Made by a program: the position numbers and the translations under genes. From a bacterium (GTDB lineage Bacteria > 4484-113), in the NCBI GenBank assembly GCA_021163765.1, contig JAGGTK010000053.1, positions 8,017-72,016 on the forward strand: 64,000 bases of DNA, in the 5' to 3' direction. Of the stretch, positions 9,864 to 20,515 are shown piece by piece. How positions within the stretch are numbered: position 1 is the first letter of the stretch; each line of letters starts with the position of its first letter. The notes under the pieces are model-generated. The model saw only the letters and a list, made by a program, of their open reading frames with translations. It searched no databases and was not told the DNA's origin.

Positions 9864-10796
9864 ATGTCTCCTCAACGTAAAACCCATATTTACGGGCCGG
9901 TACCTTCACGGCGTCTAGGCCTTTCTCTAGGCGTCGACCTGGTGCCTTATAAAACCTGCTCCTATGATTGCATTTACTGCCAGCTCGGCGCGACAACTAA
10001 AAAGACCGTCGAGCTTAAGGAATATGTGCCTACTGAGGAAGTCCTAGCTGATTTCGCGAACTGGCTTGAGCTGGATGGCAATGCGGATTACATTACGATG
10101 TCCGGATCCGGCGAGCCAACACTCCATTCGGGGCTAGCGGAAATTATAATCCGCATTAAAGAACTTACGGAAATCCCCGTCGCAGTTATCACCAATGGTT
10201 CTCTTATGTGGTCAGAGAGCGTTGCTGAAGCCTGCGCACTGGCGGACCTTGTTGTACCGTCGCTGGATGCAGGCAGCGCGGAAGTTTTTGCTCAAGTTAA
10301 CCGTCCACACCCAGACATCACTTTCGACCTTATGTTGAAAGGCTTACAGGCCTTCAGAGAGCGATATGACGGTGTTATCTGGCTAGAGGTGATGCTAGTC
10401 GGGGGGGTGAACGACAGCCCGGGGCAAATCTCCGCTATGGCAGGTCTCATAGAGACCATCCGACCGGAACGAATACAGGTCAACACGGTCGTGCGCCCAC
10501 CGACAGAGAAATATGCGGAATGCATCTCTCCAGACAGATTACGGCACCTGGCAGCTACGCTTGGCGGCGAGGCCATTGCTTCTTTTGACGCAAGCCATAT
10601 GCACGAAGCCAAGTCAAGCCACGCCGGAAGTATCGTGGAACTGCTCAAACGGCGGCCATGCACTGTCCTGGACATTGCATCGGGCCTTGGCATTCATGAA
10701 AATGAAGTGGTGAAGCAGCTAAACAGGATGCTTGAAGAAGGCACTGTGGTAGCCGAGAGGCGCGGCGACAACGTGTTATATAGAGTGGCCGGCTAG
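9864..10796 (+). CDS. Radical SAM protein with a C-terminal winged-helix
   Basis: YGPVPSRRLGLSLGVD, CSYDCIYC, GSGEPTL. Confidence 0.85.
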   Translation: MSPQRKTHIYGPVPSRRLGLSLGVDLVPYKTCSYDCIYCQLGATTKKTVELKEYVPTEEVLADFANWLELDGNADYITMSGSGEPTLHSGLAEIIIRIKELTEIPVAVITNGSLMWSESVAEACALADLVVPSLDAGSAEVFAQVNRPHPDITFDLMLKGLQAFRERYDGVIWLEVMLVGGVNDSPGQISAMAGLIETIRPERIQVNTVVRPPTEKYAECISPDRLRHLAATLGGEAIASFDASHMHEAKSSHAGSIVELLKRRPCTVLDIASGLGIHENEVVKQLNRMLEEGTVVAERRGDNVLYRVAG

Positions 10797-10866
10797 GCGA
10801 AAGGTTCTCTCACACCCGGATTTCCGCTACAATGGTGGGGGCGCAACGGGCGCTTAGGAGGAAGGT

Positions 10867-11736
10867 CTGGCACAACGGATTACTGTGGCTTGCTGCGTGC
10901 TTGGTGTCATTCTGGTTCTGGCTGCTTTCATGGCATTACCGGGCCAGGCGGGGAATGGTGCAAGTCTCACAGTTGAAACTGAACTCGCCCTCGCGGGAAA
11001 GGGCTACTATTACCGGGCATGGGGAGACAGCTGCTACTCGTGCATATATTGCCACGCCAATATCGATGAGGACAAGCTGGACGATGGCTACTGGCGTCCA
11101 GGCAGCTCGCTCTGGAACAGCGCCGCTAGAACTTCTTATTACAACGGAGCATATTCGGGTGAAGGCATCCTTCCGCTCGCACGTTCGGTGAACACCTGCG
11201 TCGTGGCTTTTCTCCAGACGGATGCCTTAAATCTCGGCGATGAGAGAATGCAGGCGCTGCTGGCGTATATCCGCTCCATATCACCTGATGACACAGCATC
11301 GCCGGTTAAAATCACCCGCGCAACCAAAGCTCCGGAAATGGATGGCGACCCCCGCAGAGGGGAGAAACTGTTCGCGGCATCCTGTGTTCTGTGTCATCGT
11401 GATAAGGGAATTCTTCCCAAACTCGGTTTTAAGGCGGATAGCGCCCTGGTTCTTGCTAAAATCCGCGGAATGAAGGTGCCCGACAACGCCAAGGGGGAGT
11501 TTGAAGACGGCTACCCGCCAATGCCATTTTTCTCTATGGAACGTCTTTCCGACCAACAAGTGGCTGATATCCTTGCGCACTGGGATTACATGAGCTTTAT
11601 TCAGGAACAGGCCATTCAAGGGGAAATCGCACCTGAGGAAAGCGCCGTTGAAATGCTCATTGATACAACAGATGCGGAAGCTGAAAGCCACAAAGATACC
11701 CCGGCCGAAGCAGAGCCTGCCGCAAAAGACCATTAG
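10867..11736 (+). CDS. Exported diheme c-type cytochrome, TsdA/SoxA-like
   Basis: Signal peptide; CIYCH and CVLCH heme motifs; LARSVNTC...ERMQALLAYIRSIS...GDPRRGEKLF pattern. Start is either CTG 10867 (5 nt after AGGAGG) or GTG 10885. Confidence 0.75.
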   Translation: MAQRITVACCVLGVILVLAAFMALPGQAGNGASLTVETELALAGKGYYYRAWGDSCYSCIYCHANIDEDKLDDGYWRPGSSLWNSAARTSYYNGAYSGEGILPLARSVNTCVVAFLQTDALNLGDERMQALLAYIRSISPDDTASPVKITRATKAPEMDGDPRRGEKLFAASCVLCHRDKGILPKLGFKADSALVLAKIRGMKVPDNAKGEFEDGYPPMPFFSMERLSDQQVADILAHWDYMSFIQEQAIQGEIAPEESAVEMLIDTTDAEAESHKDTPAEAEPAAKDH

Positions 11737-11807
11737 CGGTTAAGGCTCGGCGCGCTGGAGCATTAATACACATTCGTAGCGGTAATTAGGTTTTAGGAGG
11801 AGATACT

Positions 11808-12590
11808 ATGGAATTCAACAATCTCTTGCTGGAAGTAAAAGACGGGCTGGCGGTTCTCACGATTAACCGACCGGACAAGCTCAATGCACTAAACAACGAA
11901 GTGATGAGGGAGATCAAGGCTGCATTCGAGCACATCCGGGACAATGACGAGATCAAGGCTGTCGTCGTCACCGGAGCAGGCGATAAGGCCTTTGTTGCTG
12001 GAGCTGACATCACCGAGATTCACACGCTGGACCAGAGCTCGGGCGCGCATTTTGCGCAGCAAGGCCATGACATCTTCACGCTCATAGAAAAGCTACCCAA
12101 GCCTGTCATCGCAGCAGTGAACGGATTCGCCTTGGGAGGCGGCTGCGAGCTGGCTATGGCCTGCCATGTCCGCCTTGCCAACGAGAATGCCCGCTTTGGC
12201 CAGCCGGAGGTAGGGTTGGGAATCACCCCGGGCTATGGCGGCACACAGCGGCTTCCCCGGCTCGTCGGAAAGGGACGCGCGCTGGAGATGATACTGAGCG
12301 GCAACATGGTTCGGGCGAACGAAGCCCACGCTATGGGACTGGTCAACCACGTGTATCCTGCTGACGAGCTGATGGACAAAGCTGAGGAACTTGCGCGTGG
12401 CATTATGTCTAAAGGACCTGCCGCCGTGGCTATGTGTATCCGGCTGGTGAACGAAGGGCTTGACATGCCGCTTGACGACGCGAAAGCTCACGAGGCGAAG
12501 CTCTTCGGCGAAATCTGCGCCACTGGCGATATGAAGGAAGGGACCAAAGCCTTCATGGAAAAGCGAAAGCCCAATTTCACCGGCAAGTAA
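11808..12590 (+). CDS. Enoyl-CoA hydratase/crotonase
   Basis: AFVAGADI, GFALGGGCE, GQPEVGLG, GGTQRLPR. Confidence 0.93.
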   Translation: MEFNNLLLEVKDGLAVLTINRPDKLNALNNEVMREIKAAFEHIRDNDEIKAVVVTGAGDKAFVAGADITEIHTLDQSSGAHFAQQGHDIFTLIEKLPKPVIAAVNGFALGGGCELAMACHVRLANENARFGQPEVGLGITPGYGGTQRLPRLVGKGRALEMILSGNMVRANEAHAMGLVNHVYPADELMDKAEELARGIMSKGPAAVAMCIRLVNEGLDMPLDDAKAHEAKLFGEICATGDMKEGTKAFMEKRKPNFTGK

Positions 12591-12597
12591 CCAGACG

Positions 12598-15500
12598 CTA
12601 ACGAAGTTCGTCCAGGGCGACCTCCACAGCTTTTCGGAGCTGCGGATCGTCCTCTGCCGCGACCACACCCAGGGGAGCCTCTACCACGACGTCCGGCTCG
12701 ACCGGATTGTTCTCCATGTTAGTGCCGTCCAGCCTGTAACGTCCTGTTAGCGGGATCCGGAACATTGTTCCATCGAGCAACTGGTAGTTGCGTGTGCCGA
12801 TAACCCCGCCGTTCGTGGGCATCCCCACGACCTTCCCTAAGCCAAGAACTCTAAACCCGTAGGCGAACATCTCGGCGTTGGAGAAGCTGTGCTGGTTGAT
12901 CAGGCACACCTTTACGCCCCGATACATCTTTGCCGGAGTAATATGCTTAGGTCCCGTGCGCCGCTGCATCATCCCGCTCGGCCGGCGGCCAAGTATCTCA
13001 AAGAGCTGCTCTGCGATGTATCCGCCGCCGTTGTATCTCACGTCAATTATTACTGCGTCATAATCCATTCCGTAGCCGAAAAGGTCGCGCTCGAAACGAT
13101 AAAGGCAATCGTCGTACATCCGCTGGATATGCAGATAGGTGACACGCCCGTCTGAAATCTCCTCCACATATTCCCGATTGTCCCGAACCCACTGCTCGTA
13201 CTCGAGATTCCTTTGTGCCGTGCGTGAGATAGGTCGCGTTCGAACTTCCTCGATATCCCCTTCTGCTCGTTTTACTTTCAGATGGACGGTTCTGCCGATA
13301 GTCCCGTCAAGGGCGCTGAAGAAATCCTCGCTGAAACCCGCAGATTTATCGTTTACCTCAAGAATTACGTCGCCCACGGATAGGCGGCTTTCGTCACGGT
13401 CGCTGGGCCCCATTTCAAGAACTTTCGCCACTTCCAGCCCGCGACCTTCGTAATCCGGATTGAAGTGGACACCGAGCATCCCTACGCTCGCGCCGATACC
13501 CTCAAAGCTCGTGTCTCCCCAGATACCGAGGTGGCTTGCGTTGAGTTCACCCAGCAGGAGTGTCGTGAATATGTTGAACTCCTCGTGAGTAACCGCGTGC
13601 TCTATCATACGGCGGTACTTACGGTATGCAGCATCCATATCCCGCCCGTGTAGCTTCGGGTCATAGAAGCCGTACTTCAGGTTGCGGTAAGCCTCATCGT
13701 ACATCGCGAGCAGTTCTGCCGGACGGTCCAGGAGAGTTCTCGCAGTAACCGCAACAGGAGACACTCCCTTCACCTTCGAGCCGCCCATTTCAATCTTTAC
13801 CAAACGACCGCCTTCGTAGATGCCATACGGGCCAGCGTCTGAAGTCCAGGTCAGCCAGTTCAGCGGCGCAGAGACCCCGACATAGTTGCTCTCACCCGTG
13901 AGAAGGTCAACCGCCCATAGCTTGTAGTCATTGGCGGTGGTGGATGCCTGATAGATGCAGGTTTTTCCATCAGGTGATACAGCGATGTTGTTTATGACAT
14001 CAAGGGCTTCGCTGATGACACGCGACCGGTGTTCGATGTTCCTGAAGTCGATCTCAACGAGCTGCTCATCTTCCTCTGGCGGCGCTTCATCACCTGTATC
14101 CTCGTCATCATCTCCCTCATCTTCAGCTTCGTCCCTGGCTTCAGGCTGTCCAAATTCCATTTCGTCTGTGAACAAAATCCCAGGTGGCTTCAGCGGCAGG
14201 AGATACACCCGCGAGTATTCGCCTTCACGGTAGCTCACGAACACGATGTTCTTACAGTCACCGGTCCACATCGGCCCCCAATTGGTAGTGGGATACTGTG
14301 TGATATTATGCGGCTCCCCACTGCCGTCCGGTTTAACCAGCCAGATGTCCCTGTCATACGCAGGCGTAATCTGCGTATAAGCCAGCCACTCGCTGTCCGG
14401 CGACCACTCCAGCGCCGTGTACCATACGCCACGACGGGTTACACCGTGCGCGACTCGCCGCTCACGCATCGTCTCCAGGTCAAGCACCATCAGGTCGCCT
14501 TCTCCTCGGTAAAAGGCTACTTTCGCGCCGTCAGGCGACAGTCGTGGATTGATGTCCACTTCATGCGTGTTCGTAAGGCGCTTCCATTCGCGCGTATTGA
14601 GGTCCAGTTCGTAGATATTCTGGTCGCCGTCCTTATCTGAAACGAATATAAGGCTGTCGCAGTCCGGATGCCACTGGACCATCCACTCACGACCGGGCGT
14701 ATTTGTGAAGTTCACCGCATCCCCACCATGTGGCGCATCCACTTCTTCCTCCGGCGTGCGCGAAACCGGCTGGATGTAGATATCCCCCCGGATGACCAGC
14801 GCTAGCCATTTGCCGTCAGGCGACGCAACAACCTCATCGGCAGTGCTGTAGACTTCGCGCGTTACATACTGAAACTTGCTGTCACCGCCTGCGAATATGC
14901 TCACACGCTTCGGCTCGCGAACCAGACCTTGAGGGCTGACCTTGCCCACATACAAGCTTCCGTCAGCCCAGACCGCAGCCGTTCCGTCAGTAGCAATGCT
15001 GGGATAGAAAATATCCTTTCCGGTGATCTTCAGGATCTCTCGCGGCCTGCCACCGTTAGCGTCGATCGCGAACACGCTCCTGCGGCCGTTTCGGTCGGCC
15101 GCGTAATAGACATAATTCCCGTCCACGGACCACTGCGCCCAGAACTGTCCGCCGTCCCAGCCGTCCAGGCGCCTGCCATCTTTCCCGTCAGCGTCCATCA
15201 CCCAGACCTGGGAGTTACCCGCACCACGATAGCCAAGCCTGGTGTACGAACTCGGGCCGCGGCCAAACGCAATCTGCGTGCCATCCGGGCTGTACCGCGG
15301 ATAGCGCAGCGACGTGTTGTCCCAGAGAATCAGCCGCTCCTCAAGCGTCTCGACGTCAACCTCCATCATCTGGCTGCCAGGGAAGTTCCTGTAGGTTGTA
15401 AACAGCACTCGCCTGCCGTCCGGCGACCAATCACCCGGATAGTCATTTGCGTCGCTGTATGTCAGCCTTTTCGCATCGCCGCCGGTGGAAGGAATCACGT

Positions 15501-15786
15501 AGATGTCGTAGTTCCCGTCGCGGTTGCTGCAAAACGCCAGCCTGGAGCCGTCAGGAGACCAGCGGGGGCTCCGGTCGAATGCCACGCTGACCGTAAGCCG
15601 TAAGGCTTGCCCACCAGCGGAAGGTGCAACCCATATGTCCCCCTGATACGAGAATGCAATCCGTCTGCCATCAGGTGAAATCCACGGGTATAGCAATCCG
15701 TGAGCTTCGTCGGCAGCGCTTACTGAAAGTGCAGCACAGAAGATGACTGCAAAGAAAGCTAAAAGAAAACGGGCAAGATATCGCAT
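12598..15786 (-). CDS. Tricorn-like S41 peptidase (PD40 beta-propellers, PDZ, S41 catalytic domain)
   Basis: Signal peptide, repeated WSPDG, LNASH, DVRYNGGG, SFSNAE. Start MRYLARF follows AGGAGG. Confidence 0.88.
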   Translation of the reverse strand: MRYLARFLLAFFAVIFCAALSVSAADEAHGLLYPWISPDGRRIAFSYQGDIWVAPSAGGQALRLTVSVAFDRSPRWSPDGSRLAFCSNRDGNYDIYVIPSTGGDAKRLTYSDANDYPGDWSPDGRRVLFTTYRNFPGSQMMEVDVETLEERLILWDNTSLRYPRYSPDGTQIAFGRGPSSYTRLGYRGAGNSQVWVMDADGKDGRRLDGWDGGQFWAQWSVDGNYVYYAADRNGRRSVFAIDANGGRPREILKITGKDIFYPSIATDGTAAVWADGSLYVGKVSPQGLVREPKRVSIFAGGDSKFQYVTREVYSTADEVVASPDGKWLALVIRGDIYIQPVSRTPEEEVDAPHGGDAVNFTNTPGREWMVQWHPDCDSLIFVSDKDGDQNIYELDLNTREWKRLTNTHEVDINPRLSPDGAKVAFYRGEGDLMVLDLETMRERRVAHGVTRRGVWYTALEWSPDSEWLAYTQITPAYDRDIWLVKPDGSGEPHNITQYPTTNWGPMWTGDCKNIVFVSYREGEYSRVYLLPLKPPGILFTDEMEFGQPEARDEAEDEGDDDEDTGDEAPPEEDEQLVEIDFRNIEHRSRVISEALDVINNIAVSPDGKTCIYQASTTANDYKLWAVDLLTGESNYVGVSAPLNWLTWTSDAGPYGIYEGGRLVKIEMGGSKVKGVSPVAVTARTLLDRPAELLAMYDEAYRNLKYGFYDPKLHGRDMDAAYRKYRRMIEHAVTHEEFNIFTTLLLGELNASHLGIWGDTSFEGIGASVGMLGVHFNPDYEGRGLEVAKVLEMGPSDRDESRLSVGDVILEVNDKSAGFSEDFFSALDGTIGRTVHLKVKRAEGDIEEVRTRPISRTAQRNLEYEQWVRDNREYVEEISDGRVTYLHIQRMYDDCLYRFERDLFGYGMDYDAVIIDVRYNGGGYIAEQLFEILGRRPSGMMQRRTGPKHITPAKMYRGVKVCLINQHSFSNAEMFAYGFRVLGLGKVVGMPTNGGVIGTRNYQLLDGTMFRIPLTGRYRLDGTNMENNPVEPDVVVEAPLGVVAAEDDPQLRKAVEVALDELR

Positions 15787-15833
15787 TGTGTAGGGCCTCC
15801 TAAGTGCCTGCCGAGCGATTATATCATCGCAGC

Positions 15834-16937
15834 TTAGATGGCTGCTGAGTCTTCCATCGGCAAACGCAGCAGCGCGCAAATCGTTGCGTTGACGGGCATC
15901 GGGATGCCATATCGTTGTGCGATGCCAAGCAGCAGCCTATTAAGATGCTTTGTTTCGCTTCTGCGACCCTTTATGCGGTCAATCAATTGCGAACTGAAGT
16001 TGCCCGCTGTGTCGCAACATATGCGCTCGAAGTCGCTAATGAGAGATTTAACACTGATACTCTCATCGCCCTTCTGCACAAAGCTTGCTGCCACCAGCAC
16101 ATCAACAATTTCCCTTGCCAGCTTGCCGGCTATTGGGCGCACTTCATCCATTAGCAGAGCCCCGTTGGGGTGCCCTGAAAGCGCCGCAAGGGGATTTACC
16201 AGGCAGTTCAAAGCAGCCTTGCGCAACATTGTCATATAGATGTCCGGCTGCACCTCGACGCGCAAAACGTTATCGTCAACCTGATTAGCCAGGCTCTCCA
16301 GCATCTCGATTTCTTCAAGGCGATATATGAGAGTCCCCGCGCCCGCTTCCGGCTCCACCGTAAGAAAGTCCGCATGCGGGGATTTCACGCGCCCAAGCAT
16401 CAGCCTTCCCCTCGGAATTAGCGAGAGCCTCGTTCCCTGACTGAATCCTCCGCCAAACATCACTCCGAGATCAAGCCCCGGATGCAGCCAGAACCCGTTT
16501 ACCACAAAAAAGCAAAGCCCCTTCAATCTGGATGCTATCTGTGAGCGCACTGTAAACAGTGAATCCGCCTTGGTGCAGGAAAAACTCACGTCCGGCTGGG
16601 TTTCAATAAATAGCTCCGCCTTTGAAATCAGCTCCTCGTCCGTGAAACTCAAATCAAGGTCGGGTTCGGTCTCTTCCAGCATCTTTAGGGAGGTTGCAGG
16701 CCTAACGGCTGGCTCAAGTCCCTCCGTTGAGATGTTATCCGGATCGCCAGGCACGAATGCCCGCAGGTCAAACTCAGAGCCAGGAGCCTGAAAGCTCACC
16801 CGCAGCCCCTCCTCTCGAAGTTTAGTGCGGATGGCCTCGTTGCGCACGTACCATCTAAGTTCGGTCTCGCCGCCGCGCTTCAGGGCAGTCACGAGCGCCA
16901 TTCCGACAGGCCCGGCTCCTATAACCCCCACACGCAC
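15834..16937 (-). CDS. Ketopantoate reductase (PanE/ApbA)-like protein
   Basis: GAGPVG Rossmann motif; K..LNCLVNPL.AL; N.SS..D...GR.SE; PVN. Confidence 0.7.
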   Translation of the reverse strand: MRVGVIGAGPVGMALVTALKRGGETELRWYVRNEAIRTKLREEGLRVSFQAPGSEFDLRAFVPGDPDNISTEGLEPAVRPATSLKMLEETEPDLDLSFTDEELISKAELFIETQPDVSFSCTKADSLFTVRSQIASRLKGLCFFVVNGFWLHPGLDLGVMFGGGFSQGTRLSLIPRGRLMLGRVKSPHADFLTVEPEAGAGTLIYRLEEIEMLESLANQVDDNVLRVEVQPDIYMTMLRKAALNCLVNPLAALSGHPNGALLMDEVRPIAGKLAREIVDVLVAASFVQKGDESISVKSLISDFERICCDTAGNFSSQLIDRIKGRRSETKHLNRLLLGIAQRYGIPMPVNATICALLRLPMEDSAAI

Positions 16938-19741
16938 TAGCGGTCCTCCTTCACTGTGGACAGGAAGCTGCGCATCTGCTCACTGAGCTTATGCTTCGGC
17001 AGTTTTTTCATCGCAGGCCCAGGCAGGTTGCGCAGGAATTGCGCCCCGTAGTTCTTCGACAGTGCCCTGCGGTCAAGCAGTAACACGCAGCCGTAATCGT
17101 CAGTGCTACGTATTAGCCTGCCGAAGCCTTGCGTGAACTTCATTATCGCAGAGGGCAGCATATAGTCCCGGAACGAATTCCCGCCGTTGCGGTCAATATA
17201 GCGCACCTTCCCCGCAGTAAGCGGGTCGTGCAAATTGGGAAAGGGAAAGCGGCTGATAATCACACACTGCAAGTCCTCCCCGCGTATGTCAAAGCCCTCC
17301 CAGAAGCTGCGGGTTCCGAAGAGAATCGCCCTATCCTCTTTCCGGAAATCGCTGGCGAGCTGGAACCGCGACACGCCGCGTTCCTGCACCAACAGGTTGA
17401 AACCTGCTTCCTTCAGCTTCTCGCCCAGCCCCACGACGGCCAGCAAGTCACTATACGAGTTGAAAAGCACCAGAGTCGCACCGTTAAATACCTGGGCTGT
17501 TTCGTTCACAATCTCAGCCAGCGCCTCAAGGTACCTGTTGTGGGCTTTCTGGTCTCGAAAGTCCGGCTCTGGCACATCGCTTGGCACGAGCACAAGAGAC
17601 CGCCGCGCGTAGTCAAAGGGAGACGCCATAATGCTTTCTTCAAGGGCATCCTGCGGGAGTCTGTTCAGCCCCAGAATCCGCTTCACATAGTCGAACCTGC
17701 CGCCAATTGCGAGCGTGCCCGACACAATCACCGTTGACTTACGACTCTCCAGAAGGTCAGTGAAGTAATCGCCCACAACCACCGGGCACGCTGCGAGCTG
17801 CCAGAATATATCCCGCCTGCGGCCGGCAGCAGACGCTTCTATCCACCTGACCCAGGTTTCGTCCTCCGACAGGAGCTTCCCACATGCTTGCTTCAGTTGC
17901 TCATAAAGATTCACCGATTCACGAAGCTGTATCTGATACCTGTTGTCGTCGAGATAGAAAAATCCCTCCGTGTCACCGCCTGTCTGTTCCGCAAGCTGTG
18001 TTAGACCATCGTTGAGGTCTAGCAGGCGGTCATAGAGAACCGCAACCTCCTCCAGAAGGTTGTCGCGCAGCTCGATTACTTCTTTCTGCTGTGGCTCAGT
18101 CAGGTCCAGCCGCAGCATATCACGCGCGCGCTCATCCCTTAATTCATCAAAGGCCTGCTGCGCTATTTCGCTGAGAGCGGTGAAGCTCTCGTATATGCTT
18201 TCCGCAGCGCCGGGAGCCGCTGCCTGCATCTCCTTGAGCTGCATGTAGTTATCGCGCTTCTCTAACGGTACCTCATATTCGGGAAACGCCAGGCGTGATA
18301 CAAGAACGCGGTTTGAGATCAGACGCTGCAGGCTGTTAGAAAACTCGATTAGCTCAACAGATGCTACACTCGCCCCAAGCGCGTCCAGCAGAACCTCTTC
18401 CAGGTTATGGCCTTCGTCAAGTATCCAGTAAGGGCTGCTGTCCACAAAGGACGCTAGCGGGTCGGTCGCCGCATCCGTGCCCGGATGAGCCAGTGCAAAT
18501 AGAAGCGCATGGTTTACAATGACCACGGGTGAGCGTTCTGCCGCATCGCGCTGCGAATAGAAGTAACACTGCCCAAGCAGAGGGCACTTCTCTCGCAGGC
18601 ACCCCCGGAAGGCTGCGCTCAGCCGTCTTTTCAGTTTCGTCGCCGAATCCGCCGCAATCCCCTCCGGCATCCCGACATACTCGAAATCACCTGTCGCAGA
18701 GCTTGTCGCGTGCAGCGCAAGGCGCATTAGCGCCAGTGCCGCAGCGCGTGTGCTTCCCGGTTCTCCCGAACTGCTGAGCAGGTCACGCAAGTCTGAGCGC
18801 GAAGTCAGAGCGTTCAGCCGAAGTTTCTCCAGACAAAGGTAGTTCTCCCTGCCCTTGAGCACGACCGGAGGCGGGAGGGGCACTCCAAGCAGCTCTACAA
18901 GCTTTGGGTAATCGCTGGTGAGAAGCTGGTCCTGGAGTATTTTCGTGTTCGTTGAAATCAGAACCGGCTCGCCCGACGCAAGCGAATGCCGCACAACCGG
19001 TATGAGATACCCCAGCGACTTTCCCACGCCGGTGCCTGCCTCAATGAGCAGATTGCCCTCGTCAGCGAGAGTCTTTTGCACCCGCTTTGCAAACTGCTCC
19101 TGCTCAGCGCGGTACTCGTATCCCTGCTCGCCGAAATCCCCGTGGCGCAGGCGCGAGAAGACCTCGCCTGGCTGCGGCAACTGCTTCAGCATATCGAGCG
19201 GCGTTTCTTCCCTTGTTTTCGTGCGAGGCGGCAAGTCCGCACGCATATCCTCAGGGAAGTACGGATTCTCTCCAAGTAAAATTTCAGCCGCTTGCAGCGT
19301 GAACAGCGCAGGCGGGAGGCCGCCTTCGTCGGCAATCATCGCCAGCGAAGTTCGTAATCCCTCCGAGATGCCATTCAGCCGCTCAATGAGAATCGCCAGA
19401 GCCCCCAGCGTTTCCACGCCTTCGTCAGGAAGCCCTTCCGGCAGAACCGCATCCCACGTCGGCACGCGCTCTTTCAGCTCAGTTATCGTTCGGCAGGACG
19501 CTTTCTGGCCGCTCAGGTAGGCCACTTCGCCTGAAGTCGCGCACCTGTTTTCAGAAATGCCGAGAGCTTTAGGCTCAAGGGATGATTGGAGAATGTAACA
19601 ATCGGGCTTGAGGCCCTTCAGTGCGCTTGCGGCAATATGCTCAGGGGAAGCCACCGCGAGCTTACGTGCGACCGGGTCAACTTTCAGCGCGGTGTGCCAT
19701 AAATCCTCCGCAACGCCCGCGATAACCGCAATCCTCAACAT
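16937..19741 (-). CDS. dinG: DinG/YoaA-family ATP-dependent DNA helicase
   Basis: EAGTGVGKS, LKGRENYLC, Fe-S cysteines, DEGH, FWEGFD, QGFGRLIR. Confidence 0.88.
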   Translation of the reverse strand: MLRIAVIAGVAEDLWHTALKVDPVARKLAVASPEHIAASALKGLKPDCYILQSSLEPKALGISENRCATSGEVAYLSGQKASCRTITELKERVPTWDAVLPEGLPDEGVETLGALAILIERLNGISEGLRTSLAMIADEGGLPPALFTLQAAEILLGENPYFPEDMRADLPPRTKTREETPLDMLKQLPQPGEVFSRLRHGDFGEQGYEYRAEQEQFAKRVQKTLADEGNLLIEAGTGVGKSLGYLIPVVRHSLASGEPVLISTNTKILQDQLLTSDYPKLVELLGVPLPPPVVLKGRENYLCLEKLRLNALTSRSDLRDLLSSSGEPGSTRAAALALMRLALHATSSATGDFEYVGMPEGIAADSATKLKRRLSAAFRGCLREKCPLLGQCYFYSQRDAAERSPVVIVNHALLFALAHPGTDAATDPLASFVDSSPYWILDEGHNLEEVLLDALGASVASVELIEFSNSLQRLISNRVLVSRLAFPEYEVPLEKRDNYMQLKEMQAAAPGAAESIYESFTALSEIAQQAFDELRDERARDMLRLDLTEPQQKEVIELRDNLLEEVAVLYDRLLDLNDGLTQLAEQTGGDTEGFFYLDDNRYQIQLRESVNLYEQLKQACGKLLSEDETWVRWIEASAAGRRRDIFWQLAACPVVVGDYFTDLLESRKSTVIVSGTLAIGGRFDYVKRILGLNRLPQDALEESIMASPFDYARRSLVLVPSDVPEPDFRDQKAHNRYLEALAEIVNETAQVFNGATLVLFNSYSDLLAVVGLGEKLKEAGFNLLVQERGVSRFQLASDFRKEDRAILFGTRSFWEGFDIRGEDLQCVIISRFPFPNLHDPLTAGKVRYIDRNGGNSFRDYMLPSAIMKFTQGFGRLIRSTDDYGCVLLLDRRALSKNYGAQFLRNLPGPAMKKLPKHKLSEQMRSFLSTVKEDR

Positions 19742-19800
19742 TGGTGTTCATTTTAGCACCGGCGCCATCAGGAACGCGTATGTGCTAGAATCTAGTTAGA

Positions 19801-20511
19801 ATGCGCTGTCCGCGATGTAAAGGTGAGCTTACGGTACCTGAGCTGTACTGCCCGCTCTGCGGAATCCGCTTCCAGGGATGCGCCTACTGCCACGAGCTGT
19901 TTGACGCCAGCGAGCGTTTCTGCCCCTTCTGCGGTCGTCCGGCCACACGCTCTTATTCCTTCGACGATATGGATGACGATTCCGTCGATAACCCCGGTGA
20001 CGAGCGGCTAAGCAGATTGGAGATTGGAGACGAGACCCCTGTTTTGCCAGCGTCCGATGAGCGCTTCACAGTAGAGGCGCTCTCAGAGGAACACGCTAAA
20101 GCTGCACAGGAAACCGCGAGAAGATCCGATGCACTAAAGAATCTGGAAGCCAGGAAAGCCAATCTTGCCAGGGGGAAAGGGGTCGTGCCACGGGAGGATG
20201 GCCCATGGGAACCCAGCGATTGGTGGTTCTGGTGGTTTCCCTGGCCATGGTGGGCCACATGGGGTTATCATCCCTACTACTATCATCCAGCTTTCTACTT
20301 GATGCGCATCTTCGCGGCACTAATCATACTGGCATTCTTTTTTATCTACACATATCCTCAGTTCGTCGCCTATCGCGCCGCAGCTTATCCAGGAACATTC
20401 CCTTCCTGGATGTTGACCTGGCCTTTCTTGATACTGGCGGGAACCATACTTATGGGAATTATTTATGGCCTATTTACGTGGCTAATGTTCCGTGCGAGGA
20501 AGCGGCGGTGA
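19801..20511 (+). CDS. Double zinc-ribbon membrane protein 1
   Basis: Four CxxC at the N-terminus, acidic linker, Trp/Pro/Tyr-rich segment, two hydrophobic helices. Confidence 0.75.
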   Translation: MRCPRCKGELTVPELYCPLCGIRFQGCAYCHELFDASERFCPFCGRPATRSYSFDDMDDDSVDNPGDERLSRLEIGDETPVLPASDERFTVEALSEEHAKAAQETARRSDALKNLEARKANLARGKGVVPREDGPWEPSDWWFWWFPWPWWATWGYHPYYYHPAFYLMRIFAALIILAFFFIYTYPQFVAYRAAAYPGTFPSWMLTWPFLILAGTILMGIIYGLFTWLMFRARKRR

Positions 20512-20515
20512 CGGG

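Noticed and set aside
14040..14165. Acidic low-complexity stretch in the tricorn gene as a DNA repeat
   Set aside because: It is an ordinary Asp/Glu-rich linker typical of this protease family, with no regular repeat unit.
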